This document shows positions 8,316 to 15,994 of a DNA stretch of 20,000 nt, piece after piece; the first letter of the stretch is position 1, and every line of letters begins with the position of its first letter. Where the stretch lies: the IMG/VR virus record IMGVR_UViG_3300027832_000014. One strand, 5' to 3'. The translations under genes were made by a program, and so were the position numbers. The notes under the pieces are model-generated. The model was not told where the DNA came from, ran no database searches, and saw nothing but the letters and a program-made list of their open reading frames with translations. The stretch comes from an uncultured virus (IMG/VR IMGVR_UViG_3300027832_000014) (Duplodnaviria > Heunggongvirae > Uroviricota > Caudoviricetes).

Positions 8316-9312
8316 TGGAAAAATTAATCACGCACTGGATAACATTTCAATCCCCGATGCACCGCTCCCCACGCGGTTTTCGGACACCGTGTACATCTGC
8401 GGCACGGCACAAAAAACACTAGAGTCATTACCCATTGAGACAGGAGCGGACTACTGGTGTTTCGCTTGGCGGGTAGCTGGAATAGCGCACGCAACCGCTG
8501 TTTTTGACGTACACCCCTTGGGGGACTTTAGGGGAGCGGTCCCAAACAATTACGAAGAGCTGCTGGAAGAGCGCGCTGCAAACGGGTTAACTACCTATTT
8601 GCAGCGTTCCTACGAAGGCATTCCCAGCGCGCAGGTATTCCCGGCAAAAGAAGTGCTCAAATACTTTTCCAATATATCCACCTTGGGTAGCCGCGGTTAC
8701 TATTTTGTGTGCTCTGTTTCCTGGTTACTCGGGTTGGCTATTGCTATGGGGTACAAGCGCATTGGATTGTTTGGCGTAGAACTTATCACCAATGATGAGT
8801 ATTTTGACCAGCGGCCCAACTTAGAGCACCTTATTGGTATTGCGTTGGGGCTTGGTATTGAGGTCGACGCCCCGGAAGGAACTTCTGTGTGTTCCTACCC
8901 TGCACTGTACGGGTACTTCCACAGCGATCTCAGTGGACCTGTTACCCCGGAACTGGTCAACACTACAAAAGCCAAGCTGGAACAGGATCTTTCCGAAACA
9001 CAAATCCACCAACACCAGATAGAGGGCGCGGTTTTATGCGCCCGTAATTTTCTTAACGGAACAATGAAGTATGGCAAACTGGACTTGCCCCCGGCGACCG
9101 TGGAAACCCTGGAACTAATGCTTTCTGAAATGGAAGAAGGACAACGCAACATTTTAGAGACTGTACATAAGACACAAGGCGCACTACAAATAATGACGGC
9201 ACTAAGTCGCCGTTACCTGTTTGCTTCCCGGGGAAGGCCCTTTGAATCAATGCAAGCAGCACTGAACGATACCGCCAACAACCAGAAGGACGAGATAGAC
9301 GATGGCAACTAA
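8299..9312 (+). CDS. Putative GT42/Maf(DUF115)-like glycosyltransferase (candidate nonulosonate/sialyl transferase) with a helical C-terminal extension
   Basis: CSVSWLLGLAIAMGYKRIGLFGVEL (aa 138-162) closely resembles the Campylobacter Cst-II segment TSGVYMCAVAIALGYKEIYLSGIDF. N-terminal VYICGT occupies the place of VIIAGN. The ORF itself is well supported; the function is inferred. Confidence 0.55.
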   Translation: MQKFSSGKINHALDNISIPDAPLPTRFSDTVYICGTAQKTLESLPIETGADYWCFAWRVAGIAHATAVFDVHPLGDFRGAVPNNYEELLEERAANGLTTYLQRSYEGIPSAQVFPAKEVLKYFSNISTLGSRGYYFVCSVSWLLGLAIAMGYKRIGLFGVELITNDEYFDQRPNLEHLIGIALGLGIEVDAPEGTSVCSYPALYGYFHSDLSGPVTPELVNTTKAKLEQDLSETQIHQHQIEGAVLCARNFLNGTMKYGKLDLPPATVETLELMLSEMEEGQRNILETVHKTQGALQIMTALSRRYLFASRGRPFESMQAALNDTANNQKDEIDDGN

Positions 9313-9514
9313 GCAGGACAACGAGGAAAAGAATACTCCCGCAGGGACGCCTTCCTCGGACAAGAAGATTAAGGCCGTGGAATTCCTGCATACGTACCCC
9401 CCATACTCCTTGGGGGAGATTGCAGGTTTCTACGTGGAAAGGGCAGAAGAGCTTATTGCCGATGGTCATGCCAAAGCAGCCAGCAAACGGCCCCGCATCT
9501 CTACCAACAAGTAA
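9302..9514 (+). CDS. Small phage head-module protein (70 aa)
   Basis: The YSLGEIAGF..ERAEELIADGHA pattern is typical of small proteins encoded between capsid and head-tail adaptor genes. Overlaps the upstream stop. Confidence 0.7.
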   Translation: MATKQDNEEKNTPAGTPSSDKKIKAVEFLHTYPPYSLGEIAGFYVERAEELIADGHAKAASKRPRISTNK

Positions 9515-9539
9515 CCCCATCTAGCTAGGAGGAATTACC

Positions 9540-10217
9540 GTGGTGAATGTGTCTGTTGTCTCCGCTACCATACGGGATTTGGCGTCGCTGGCGGTGCTTA
9601 AGGACGATTTGGGCATTTCCAGTACGGATTCCTCGGAAGACGCCAAGCTGCGTAGGTTCCTTACCGTTGCCAGCCAGATTGCGGAAAGCTACGTAGAGCG
9701 TTCTCTTGTTAAAGATCTTGTAACAGAGAAGGTGGCTGGGGACGGCAGTGTTCTTATGCAGCTCGACAGGTACCCGGTTAAGTCCGTGGTATCTGTTTCG
9801 CTTGATGGTTCTACTATTGGTAGTACCGAGTTCTCCATACAGGATCCTTCCGCTGGTGTTTTGTACAAGGAGGGTACGTGGACGGGAACACTGCACTGGC
9901 GGCACAACATCGAACGTTTCCATCTTTCGGGTGAAGAAAAACTCGACTGGTTAATTACCTATCGGGCTGGGTATGACCCGTACGACAACACTACGGCAAG
10001 TTCTCTTACTACGGCTTCCCCCGATGTGCCACACGACCTTTCCTTTGCCGTGAGACAGCTTGCCTCGATTAACTACTACGACGTTGGGCAGAACCCTGCG
10101 GTGCGTAGTCAGCGCATTGGTGAGGCCAGTGAGACCCGTTTTGATATCTCCAAAACAGGGAGCACTTTTCCACCAACTATTCAGGCCATCCTGGATAAAT
10201 ACCGACGGGTAGTGTAG
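9540..10217 (+). CDS. Head-tail adaptor/connector protein (HK97 gp6/SPP1 gp15-like, long form)
   Basis: AGGAGG SD with GTG start. Motifs LAVLKDDLGI, ASQIAESYVERSL, YPVKSVVSV, ITYRAGY, VPHDLSFAV, ILDKYRR. Confidence 0.85.
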   Translation: MVNVSVVSATIRDLASLAVLKDDLGISSTDSSEDAKLRRFLTVASQIAESYVERSLVKDLVTEKVAGDGSVLMQLDRYPVKSVVSVSLDGSTIGSTEFSIQDPSAGVLYKEGTWTGTLHWRHNIERFHLSGEEKLDWLITYRAGYDPYDNTTASSLTTASPDVPHDLSFAVRQLASINYYDVGQNPAVRSQRIGEASETRFDISKTGSTFPPTIQAILDKYRRVV

Positions 10218-10248
10218 GGGAACCAAAAAAGGCCCGCTGTCACGTTTT

Positions 10249-10280
10249 AGCGACCGGGAGCTTCAATGGCCCGGTCGTTT
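10249..10280 (+). promoter_or_regulatory. Inverted repeat/hairpin in the gap before the sugar cassette
   Basis: CGACCGGG (10251-10258) pairs with CCCGGTCG (10270-10277) around an 11-nt loop and is followed by TTT. Role unknown. Confidence 0.4.
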
Positions 10281-10322
10281 GCCTGTCTAAGCACCAGCAC
10301 CCTTAAAATAAGGACTAACAGC

Positions 10323-11195
10323 ATGATTACCCCAACCAAGCCCCTTATCGTGGCCGAGATTGGTATTAACCACAATGGGAGCCCCGAATTGCTGGACGCC
10401 ATGGTGCGTTCCGCCGCTGCCAACGGTGCGGACTTCGTTAAGGTTCAAACAAGAAACCTCGATGCTGTTTACACACAAGCAGAACTAGACGCCCCCCGCA
10501 AGAGCCCATGGGGGACCACCAACCGAGAGCAGAAAGCCCACTTGGAGTTAACCTTCAAGGAGTACAAACTGCTTGACGACCTGTGCAAAGAGCTAAACAT
10601 TGGATGGTTCTCGTCTCCATGGGACGTAAACAGTGTTGCTGTCCTGGAAACTTTCGACTGTGCCTACCTCAAGGTAGCCTCCGCCATGGTTACCAACCGA
10701 GCGCTCTTACAGGCAGTTGGGCAGTCTTTCCTTCCAGCCATCCTTTCTTTTGGTGGGATGGATCTGCCGTCCTGCCGAGCGGCGGTAAAGCACATGCTGG
10801 CGGCAACCGAAATGGCCCCTTCCGAAAAGATTGCATGTATCATGCACTGCAATATGGGGTATCCAGTACAGCCGGAAGATGTCAACCTCTCCGCCATCTA
10901 TTCTCTGCACGCTTTCTTTGAAGGCAAGTACAAGGTGGGGTATAGCTCCCACGACGTTTCCATGCACGCACCTATCTTCGCTATTGCTATGGGAGCCGCT
11001 ATGGTTGAGGTGCACTTTACTCTTAGCCGAGAAATGTATGGTTCAGATCAGAAGGTGTCCTTCTTGCCGGAGGAACTGCGTAATCTAACAGACGCACGAG
11101 ACCTGTTCTGCGTTACACGCGGAGATGGCACCAAGATAGTGCGTGAGTTTGAAATGCCCGCCATTAAGAAACTTCGGAAGGTGAACGACATATGA
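10323..11195 (+). CDS. neuB: N-acetylneuraminate/KDN-9-phosphate synthase family protein (short form, no C-terminal SAF/antifreeze domain)
   Basis: Motifs AEIGINHNGS, VKVQ, FSSPWD, KVAS, MHC..GYP, GYSSH, VEVHFTL, GSDQ. Start moved from 10266 to ATG 10323, which follows a TAAGGA SD (290 aa). Confidence 0.9.
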   Translation: MITPTKPLIVAEIGINHNGSPELLDAMVRSAAANGADFVKVQTRNLDAVYTQAELDAPRKSPWGTTNREQKAHLELTFKEYKLLDDLCKELNIGWFSSPWDVNSVAVLETFDCAYLKVASAMVTNRALLQAVGQSFLPAILSFGGMDLPSCRAAVKHMLAATEMAPSEKIACIMHCNMGYPVQPEDVNLSAIYSLHAFFEGKYKVGYSSHDVSMHAPIFAIAMGAAMVEVHFTLSREMYGSDQKVSFLPEELRNLTDARDLFCVTRGDGTKIVREFEMPAIKKLRKVNDI

Positions 11196-11746
11196 CTACT
11201 CATGCAGTCTACCGCACCAATGGGGGCAAGGAAGCTCCCATAACTGCTATCAAGCAGGTTCGCATTGTTCTACTGGACTTCGACGGTGTTCTAACCAACA
11301 ACCGGGTGACCACAGACAGCGCTGGTATGGAATCGGTAGTCACCAACAAATACGACAGTCTTGCCATAGCCGCCGCGCAGGAACACCACAGCGTCTATTT
11401 CGCGGTGTTTACCATGGAGAGCAGTTGTTACGTTGCATACCGCTGCAACAAACTCGATATACCTTTCTTTGTCTGCGAGGGGCATACCAAGCTAGGAGTT
11501 GCTACACGCCATTTAGAATCTATTGGAAAAACGTGGCGTAACGCAGTGTTTGTGGGTAACGATTACCCCGACGTTCCTTGTATGGTAAAGGCACAGGTTT
11601 CTTGCGCGCCACAAGATGCCAGCGCAGGCGCGCTAGGTATTGCAGACATCATCCTAAAGAAGAACGGGGGCGATGGGGTAGTGCGCGAAGTGCTTAACTA
11701 CATGTTGGGCGATTCGTGGTTACAAAAGATATACGCGCACGACTAG
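11192..11746 (+). CDS. HAD-family phosphatase of the KdsC/KDN-9-P phosphatase group
   Basis: DFDGVLT (motif I), FTME (motif II), VGNDYPD (motif IV) and GGDGVVREV. ATGA overlap with neuB. Confidence 0.88.
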   Translation: MTTHAVYRTNGGKEAPITAIKQVRIVLLDFDGVLTNNRVTTDSAGMESVVTNKYDSLAIAAAQEHHSVYFAVFTMESSCYVAYRCNKLDIPFFVCEGHTKLGVATRHLESIGKTWRNAVFVGNDYPDVPCMVKAQVSCAPQDASAGALGIADIILKKNGGDGVVREVLNYMLGDSWLQKIYAHD

Positions 11747-11764
11747 CCGTAGAAAGAAGTACCA

Positions 11765-12514
11765 ATGGTAACCGTAGTTATTCCCGCAAGAATTGGGTCT
11801 GTTAGAGCTAAGAGGAAGAACGTGCGAGAGTTGCACGGCCTTCCTTTAATTACGTGGACGTACTTGTGCGCCATTAACAGTATGGCGTTCGGGCGCATTA
11901 TTGTTACGTGCGAAGATCAAATTGTGGATGCTCTGTCCGCTTCTTTGCGGGCATGGCACTTACCGGAGCGTTTCGAACACTGCTACCAGCCACCAGACAA
12001 CGCGGAAGGCAAGGCACACGCGGCGCTTACGGTGGTCAACGCTATTAAAGAGTTGTCTATTCCTCGGGGCGAGATAGTCAACATGCTCTTGCCCACATGC
12101 CCGTTTAGGAAACCGGAAACAATAAGCAATGCCAACTTGGTATTCCGTGGAAACATGCAGGACACCATGGTTGGCGTTCACGCTTTCCAGGTTAAGAGCG
12201 TTAATCTTCGTACGCTCAACGAGGTCGGCTATATAGACCCATACCCGGCCGACGGTACGTTCAACCCCCATATGCAGGCGGCTCAAGCCAAGCAACTGTT
12301 TGTCACCGCGGGGGCGTTGTTTATTGCCACGGCAAGCCACCTTGCCAAGTATGCGTCCTTTCACGTCGGCAATGTGCGCCCGTATGTGATGCACGAGTTC
12401 GAGTGCGTGGACGTGGATACAAACGAAGAATTCCGTGCCTGCGAGAAGCTAATAGACCAGACACCATCACTACTGCCGAAGAACTTGCTCGGCTTGGGGA
12501 AACGCTATGACTAA
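11765..12514 (+). CDS. neuA: CMP-nonulosonate synthetase (acylneuraminate cytidylyltransferase)
   Basis: Motifs VIPARIGSVRAKRKN..L.GLPLI, LPTCPFR, GALFI, CVDVDT..EF. Confidence 0.85.
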   Translation: MVTVVIPARIGSVRAKRKNVRELHGLPLITWTYLCAINSMAFGRIIVTCEDQIVDALSASLRAWHLPERFEHCYQPPDNAEGKAHAALTVVNAIKELSIPRGEIVNMLLPTCPFRKPETISNANLVFRGNMQDTMVGVHAFQVKSVNLRTLNEVGYIDPYPADGTFNPHMQAAQAKQLFVTAGALFIATASHLAKYASFHVGNVRPYVMHEFECVDVDTNEEFRACEKLIDQTPSLLPKNLLGLGKRYD

Positions 12515-13625
12515 ATCCGCTACTGTTTTTCACTATGGTGGTTGGGGCAGGAACTTCGGAGATTTGTTGATTGCCCATTCTGTTAGAAAGGCGCTGCGCA
12601 GCAAGGCATCGGGGTCCATTAACTTTGTGGGGTTCGATCTAAAAGACCCCGATACCCCTTTTACCCAACAGCATGTGGATTGGATAAATACCAACTGCCA
12701 AATGTTCCTCTTTGGTTCTGGTGGTTTCTTTATGCAGGGGGATGGCTTTACAACGGAGACGGGGTGGCAACTAAACATCTCCCAAAGCCTATGGGACCAA
12801 ATAAAGGTGCCGAAGGTGGCATGGGGCATGGGTTACAACGTCTTTGATCCGCAAAAGGGGCTTTCCTCGGAAACATGGGCAAACATTGCCCATGTAGCAG
12901 AAAGCTGCGCCATATTTACAGTACGAGAACAACATACATCAAAAATTCTTACTGAGAAGTGCTCTTCTTTAAAGAACACAGCGGTCGTGCCCGACCCGGT
13001 TATGTTTGCGTACAAGCCAAACGAGCTCTCTGTAAACATCCCCGCCTACCCGCGCATTGGACTTAACTTCGCTGGGGATAGAATACGAGCCCGGTTTGGT
13101 AGTTCTTGTGAGATGTACGATTATTGTGAAGCAGTGTGTTCTTCCCTTAAACACAACTTGGCAGGAAGAAACGTACAGTTCGTGTGGATGCCCCACGTAG
13201 AACTGTACGACAATGAATGCCTCTTTACGGCCACGAAAGTATTAGAAGATGCGTTGGTGCAGGCCAAAGATTTGGATCCCATGCTTAGCAGTGAAAGCTT
13301 CGATCGGGTGTGGTCTTTTGCTAACTTGTACAATTCCATGGACATGTCTTTTGGTATGAGAGGTCATAGCCATATTCTTCCTTACGGGTTGGGCGTGCCT
13401 ACCGTTGTCTTGGGGGGACATTACAAGAGCACACAGTTTGCAACGGATTACTCTGTGCCGGTGGTGCCCCACGACAACGGCAGCGCGGCAGGTAGTTTGG
13501 CCAAGCAGTTCCTCGATAAACACAACATGGCGCAAGACTACCAAGCTAGTAGAACTCTTTGCATGAAAATTGCCCGCAAGGCGCACAAAGATTTAATCCA
13601 TGATATACTCGCCTTGCTCTTTTAA
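12507..13625 (+). CDS. Polysaccharide pyruvyl transferase family protein (WcaK/CsaB-like)
   Basis: Motifs NFGD, GSGG, TVRE, PDP, GMRGHSHILPYGLGVP. 8-bp overlap with neuA. Confidence 0.82.
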   Translation: MTKSATVFHYGGWGRNFGDLLIAHSVRKALRSKASGSINFVGFDLKDPDTPFTQQHVDWINTNCQMFLFGSGGFFMQGDGFTTETGWQLNISQSLWDQIKVPKVAWGMGYNVFDPQKGLSSETWANIAHVAESCAIFTVREQHTSKILTEKCSSLKNTAVVPDPVMFAYKPNELSVNIPAYPRIGLNFAGDRIRARFGSSCEMYDYCEAVCSSLKHNLAGRNVQFVWMPHVELYDNECLFTATKVLEDALVQAKDLDPMLSSESFDRVWSFANLYNSMDMSFGMRGHSHILPYGLGVPTVVLGGHYKSTQFATDYSVPVVPHDNGSAAGSLAKQFLDKHNMAQDYQASRTLCMKIARKAHKDLIHDILALLF

Positions 13626-13677
13626 CTAACCCACGGATTAGCTAGTATTGCCTTTCACACCGTTTTTGGGGAAGGCA

Positions 13678-14013
13678 ATGAGCGCCACCACGCGCAATTT
13701 AAGGCAGGTCGCCACGTATTGGGCTCCGGGTTCCACACGAGACATATGGAACAAGCAGACCTATGCGTCGCCCACGGCCATCAACGTGAGGTGGGAAGAC
13801 TTACAGGAAGAGATTCTTTTAGATAGCGGGGAAACAGTTGTTTCGAGATCCCGTGTGTACGTGGACTTTGATGCCGCCAAGGGCGGCTTTATCTTTTTAG
13901 GGACTTCCATTGCAACGTCCCCCCTCGAGGTGGCAGGCGCGTATGAAATATTATCTTTTAAGAAAACACCTTCCCTGAATGGCAAGATATTTGAACGTCA
14001 TGTGAGGCTATAA
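13678..14013 (+). CDS. Head closure/stopper protein
   Basis: ATG 13678 after GGGGAAGG is preferred over TTG 13648. Beta-rich pattern QVATYW..D.WNK.TYASP.INVRWE..GETVVSRSRVYV. Position matches the canonical adaptor-closure-neck-terminator order. Confidence 0.7.
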   Translation: MSATTRNLRQVATYWAPGSTRDIWNKQTYASPTAINVRWEDLQEEILLDSGETVVSRSRVYVDFDAAKGGFIFLGTSIATSPLEVAGAYEILSFKKTPSLNGKIFERHVRL

Positions 14014-14438
14014 TGAGAAGCTACAAACAAGTTCGTTTCGCTTCCAGCAAGATACGCGAAGCAGGCCAGATAAACACCTTGCTCTTCAACTTTAAGCAGT
14101 TGGAAGGAATTATTGGTGAGAACTTAGAAGTGATGCTGGAAGACATCGGTCACATCATTCTAAAAAATGCTTTGCCCCTTACCCCGTTAGACACTGGAGC
14201 CCTTCGCCGGTCTGGTCGTGTCATTACAGGTCGGACCAACAAGGGCGCGCCGTCGGTAACCGTAGCCTTCGGCGGTCCCGGTGTGTCCTACGCGCTCGTA
14301 GTGCACGAGGACACTACCAAGACGTACCGTGAACCGGGGACAGGCCCCAAGTTCTTGGATATTGGGTTTCAGCTCTCCAAAGCTGAGATAGATGCTTACA
14401 TTAGCAAAAACGCAAAGAAAGTGGCGGGAGAACGATGA
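14013..14438 (+). CDS. Neck/tail completion protein (HK97 gp10-like)
   Basis: Motifs TPLDTGALRRSG, YALVVHE, GPKFL. TAATG overlap with the upstream gene. Confidence 0.82.
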   Translation: MRSYKQVRFASSKIREAGQINTLLFNFKQLEGIIGENLEVMLEDIGHIILKNALPLTPLDTGALRRSGRVITGRTNKGAPSVTVAFGGPGVSYALVVHEDTTKTYREPGTGPKFLDIGFQLSKAEIDAYISKNAKKVAGER

Positions 14439-14875
14439 GCACACCAAACCCCGCATCACAGGATATTGCACAGATCCTCATAACCGCTGGTATTGCCGTA
14501 GTAGGGGCTACTTCAACACAATGGGGCATTAGTGCGGGCTCTATGCCCGATTCCCCAAACACTTCTATTATGGTTACGGACCAAGGCGGTTTGGATGCAA
14601 ACCCCGCACTTGGCATAGATGATTTGTTTATTCAGGTTCTTATAAGGAGCAGTGTGGACGACTACCAAGGGGGGATGGTTAAAGCACAGGCTATTAAGGA
14701 TATCCTTCTTGGTATTGCAAAACAGACCGTAGGTGGCACCGTCTACGTGGGTATTACCATGCGGGGAGATATTATATCATTAGGACCAGACGAAAGACGC
14801 AGATACCGATTCTCCACAAACTGGCGTGTTTGGCGTAGTCCAACAAACACCACCAATCGTCAACTGATGTCTTAG
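14435..14875 (+). CDS. Tail terminator protein ('minor capsid' family)
   Basis: Motifs MPDSP...GG, IQVLIRS..Y, LGPDERRRYRFSTNW. ATGA overlap; lies directly before the tail tube gene. Confidence 0.78.
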   Translation: MSTPNPASQDIAQILITAGIAVVGATSTQWGISAGSMPDSPNTSIMVTDQGGLDANPALGIDDLFIQVLIRSSVDDYQGGMVKAQAIKDILLGIAKQTVGGTVYVGITMRGDIISLGPDERRRYRFSTNWRVWRSPTNTTNRQLMS

Positions 14876-14891
14876 GAAAGGCGACAACACA

Positions 14892-15290
14892 ATGGCTCAG
14901 GCTGGTTACACAAAGAAGATCTACGTTAAGGCTACGGCAAGCACGGCCTACTCCGAGCTCCCGGGCACTGACGCAACCCTCAACAAGACCACGGATATGC
15001 TGGACGCCACGACTTTCAAGTCGAGCGGCCTGCGTCGCCGTATTTACGGCATCAAAGACTGGAACGTGAGCGGTTCGGCTCTGCTCGAAGCGTCCGATGC
15101 TGGTCTGGCTGTTCTCCGCGCTGCATACGCCAACCGCACTCGTGTCAACGTTCGTTACGATGAATCGGGCGCTGGTACTGGCGAAGGCGGCACTGGCCTT
15201 CTCGAGAACTTCTCGCAGCAGTCTGGTGTTAGCGACCTTGAGAACATCTCGTTCAGTATTCAGGGCGACGGCGCTATCTCCACGTACTAA
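14892..15290 (+). CDS. Major tail tube protein (single domain)
   Basis: DMLDATTF..G.RRRIYGIKDWNVSGS...FSIQGDG pattern of siphovirus tube proteins, with capsid-like codon bias. Confidence 0.82.
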   Translation: MAQAGYTKKIYVKATASTAYSELPGTDATLNKTTDMLDATTFKSSGLRRRIYGIKDWNVSGSALLEASDAGLAVLRAAYANRTRVNVRYDESGAGTGEGGTGLLENFSQQSGVSDLENISFSIQGDGAISTY

Positions 15291-15316
15291 GCCTCTACAC
15301 AAAGGAGGTAGAGTAA

Positions 15317-15952
15317 ATGACAGCACTCGCTGGCTACGCACACCGCATTCGCCGGTCTGGTACTAGCACTACCATGATCGGGAAAGTCATGGATGCTACT
15401 GGTGTTTCCAACCAGTACCAGGTGACAACCGCTGCCAAGCAGATATGGGACCGTTCGTTGGTCCCCACGTTCTATGGAAACGGCACCCCGATTGCCGCGT
15501 CCAGTGTTCTTGCCTACGACTACCTGTTTGGCAAGGTCACGTTTACGGGGGCACAGTCCACCCCCATTACAATGGACGGAAAGTATATGCCCATGACCCT
15601 AATTGGGGGCGCGCATGGGTATTCCATTACGCAGACAGCAGATATGCTGGACGATACGGACTTCGAAGATGACGGCGTGCGCAGCCGTAAGTACGGTATC
15701 CTCGACGCCTCGGCTTCCTTGGAAAGCTGGGACATAGATGAAGAGGCACTAGCCGTCGCCATGGCGGCTAGAGAAGCGCTTGTGCTTGAGATTCGTCCGG
15801 GTGGGGATAGTGGTACTGCCCCCATTTGCCGCGGATGGTTCTTGGTTGAGAACGAAAGCAATTCGGGCGGTGTAGCCGATCTGGCTGGTAAGGCCATTGG
15901 TTTTCAGTTGTCTGGCGCAGCAGAAGCCTCAATTTCCTGGAGTGACCTGTAG
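15317..15952 (+). CDS. Second tail-tube-like protein with an extra N-terminal beta-rich domain
   Basis: AAGGAGG SD. The C-terminal half aligns by eye with the preceding tube protein (TADMLDDTDFEDDGVRSRKYGILD vs TTDMLDATTFKSSGLRRRIYGIKD). Confidence 0.72.
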   Translation: MTALAGYAHRIRRSGTSTTMIGKVMDATGVSNQYQVTTAAKQIWDRSLVPTFYGNGTPIAASSVLAYDYLFGKVTFTGAQSTPITMDGKYMPMTLIGGAHGYSITQTADMLDDTDFEDDGVRSRKYGILDASASLESWDIDEEALAVAMAAREALVLEIRPGGDSGTAPICRGWFLVENESNSGGVADLAGKAIGFQLSGAAEASISWSDL

Positions 15953-15994
15953 TTTCTCCAGTGATCTAACCACTAGAACAAGATAGGAAAGAGT

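Noticed and set aside
10266..10322. Longer N-terminus for neuB from ATG 10266
   Set aside because: It lies inside the hairpin and has no good SD. ATG 10323 has TAAGGA upstream and matches the family start.
11192..11746. Calling the phosphatase kdsC (LPS Kdo pathway)
   Set aside because: Neighbours are NeuB/NeuA-like rather than KdsA/KdsB/KdsD, and motif II has Glu rather than Arg.
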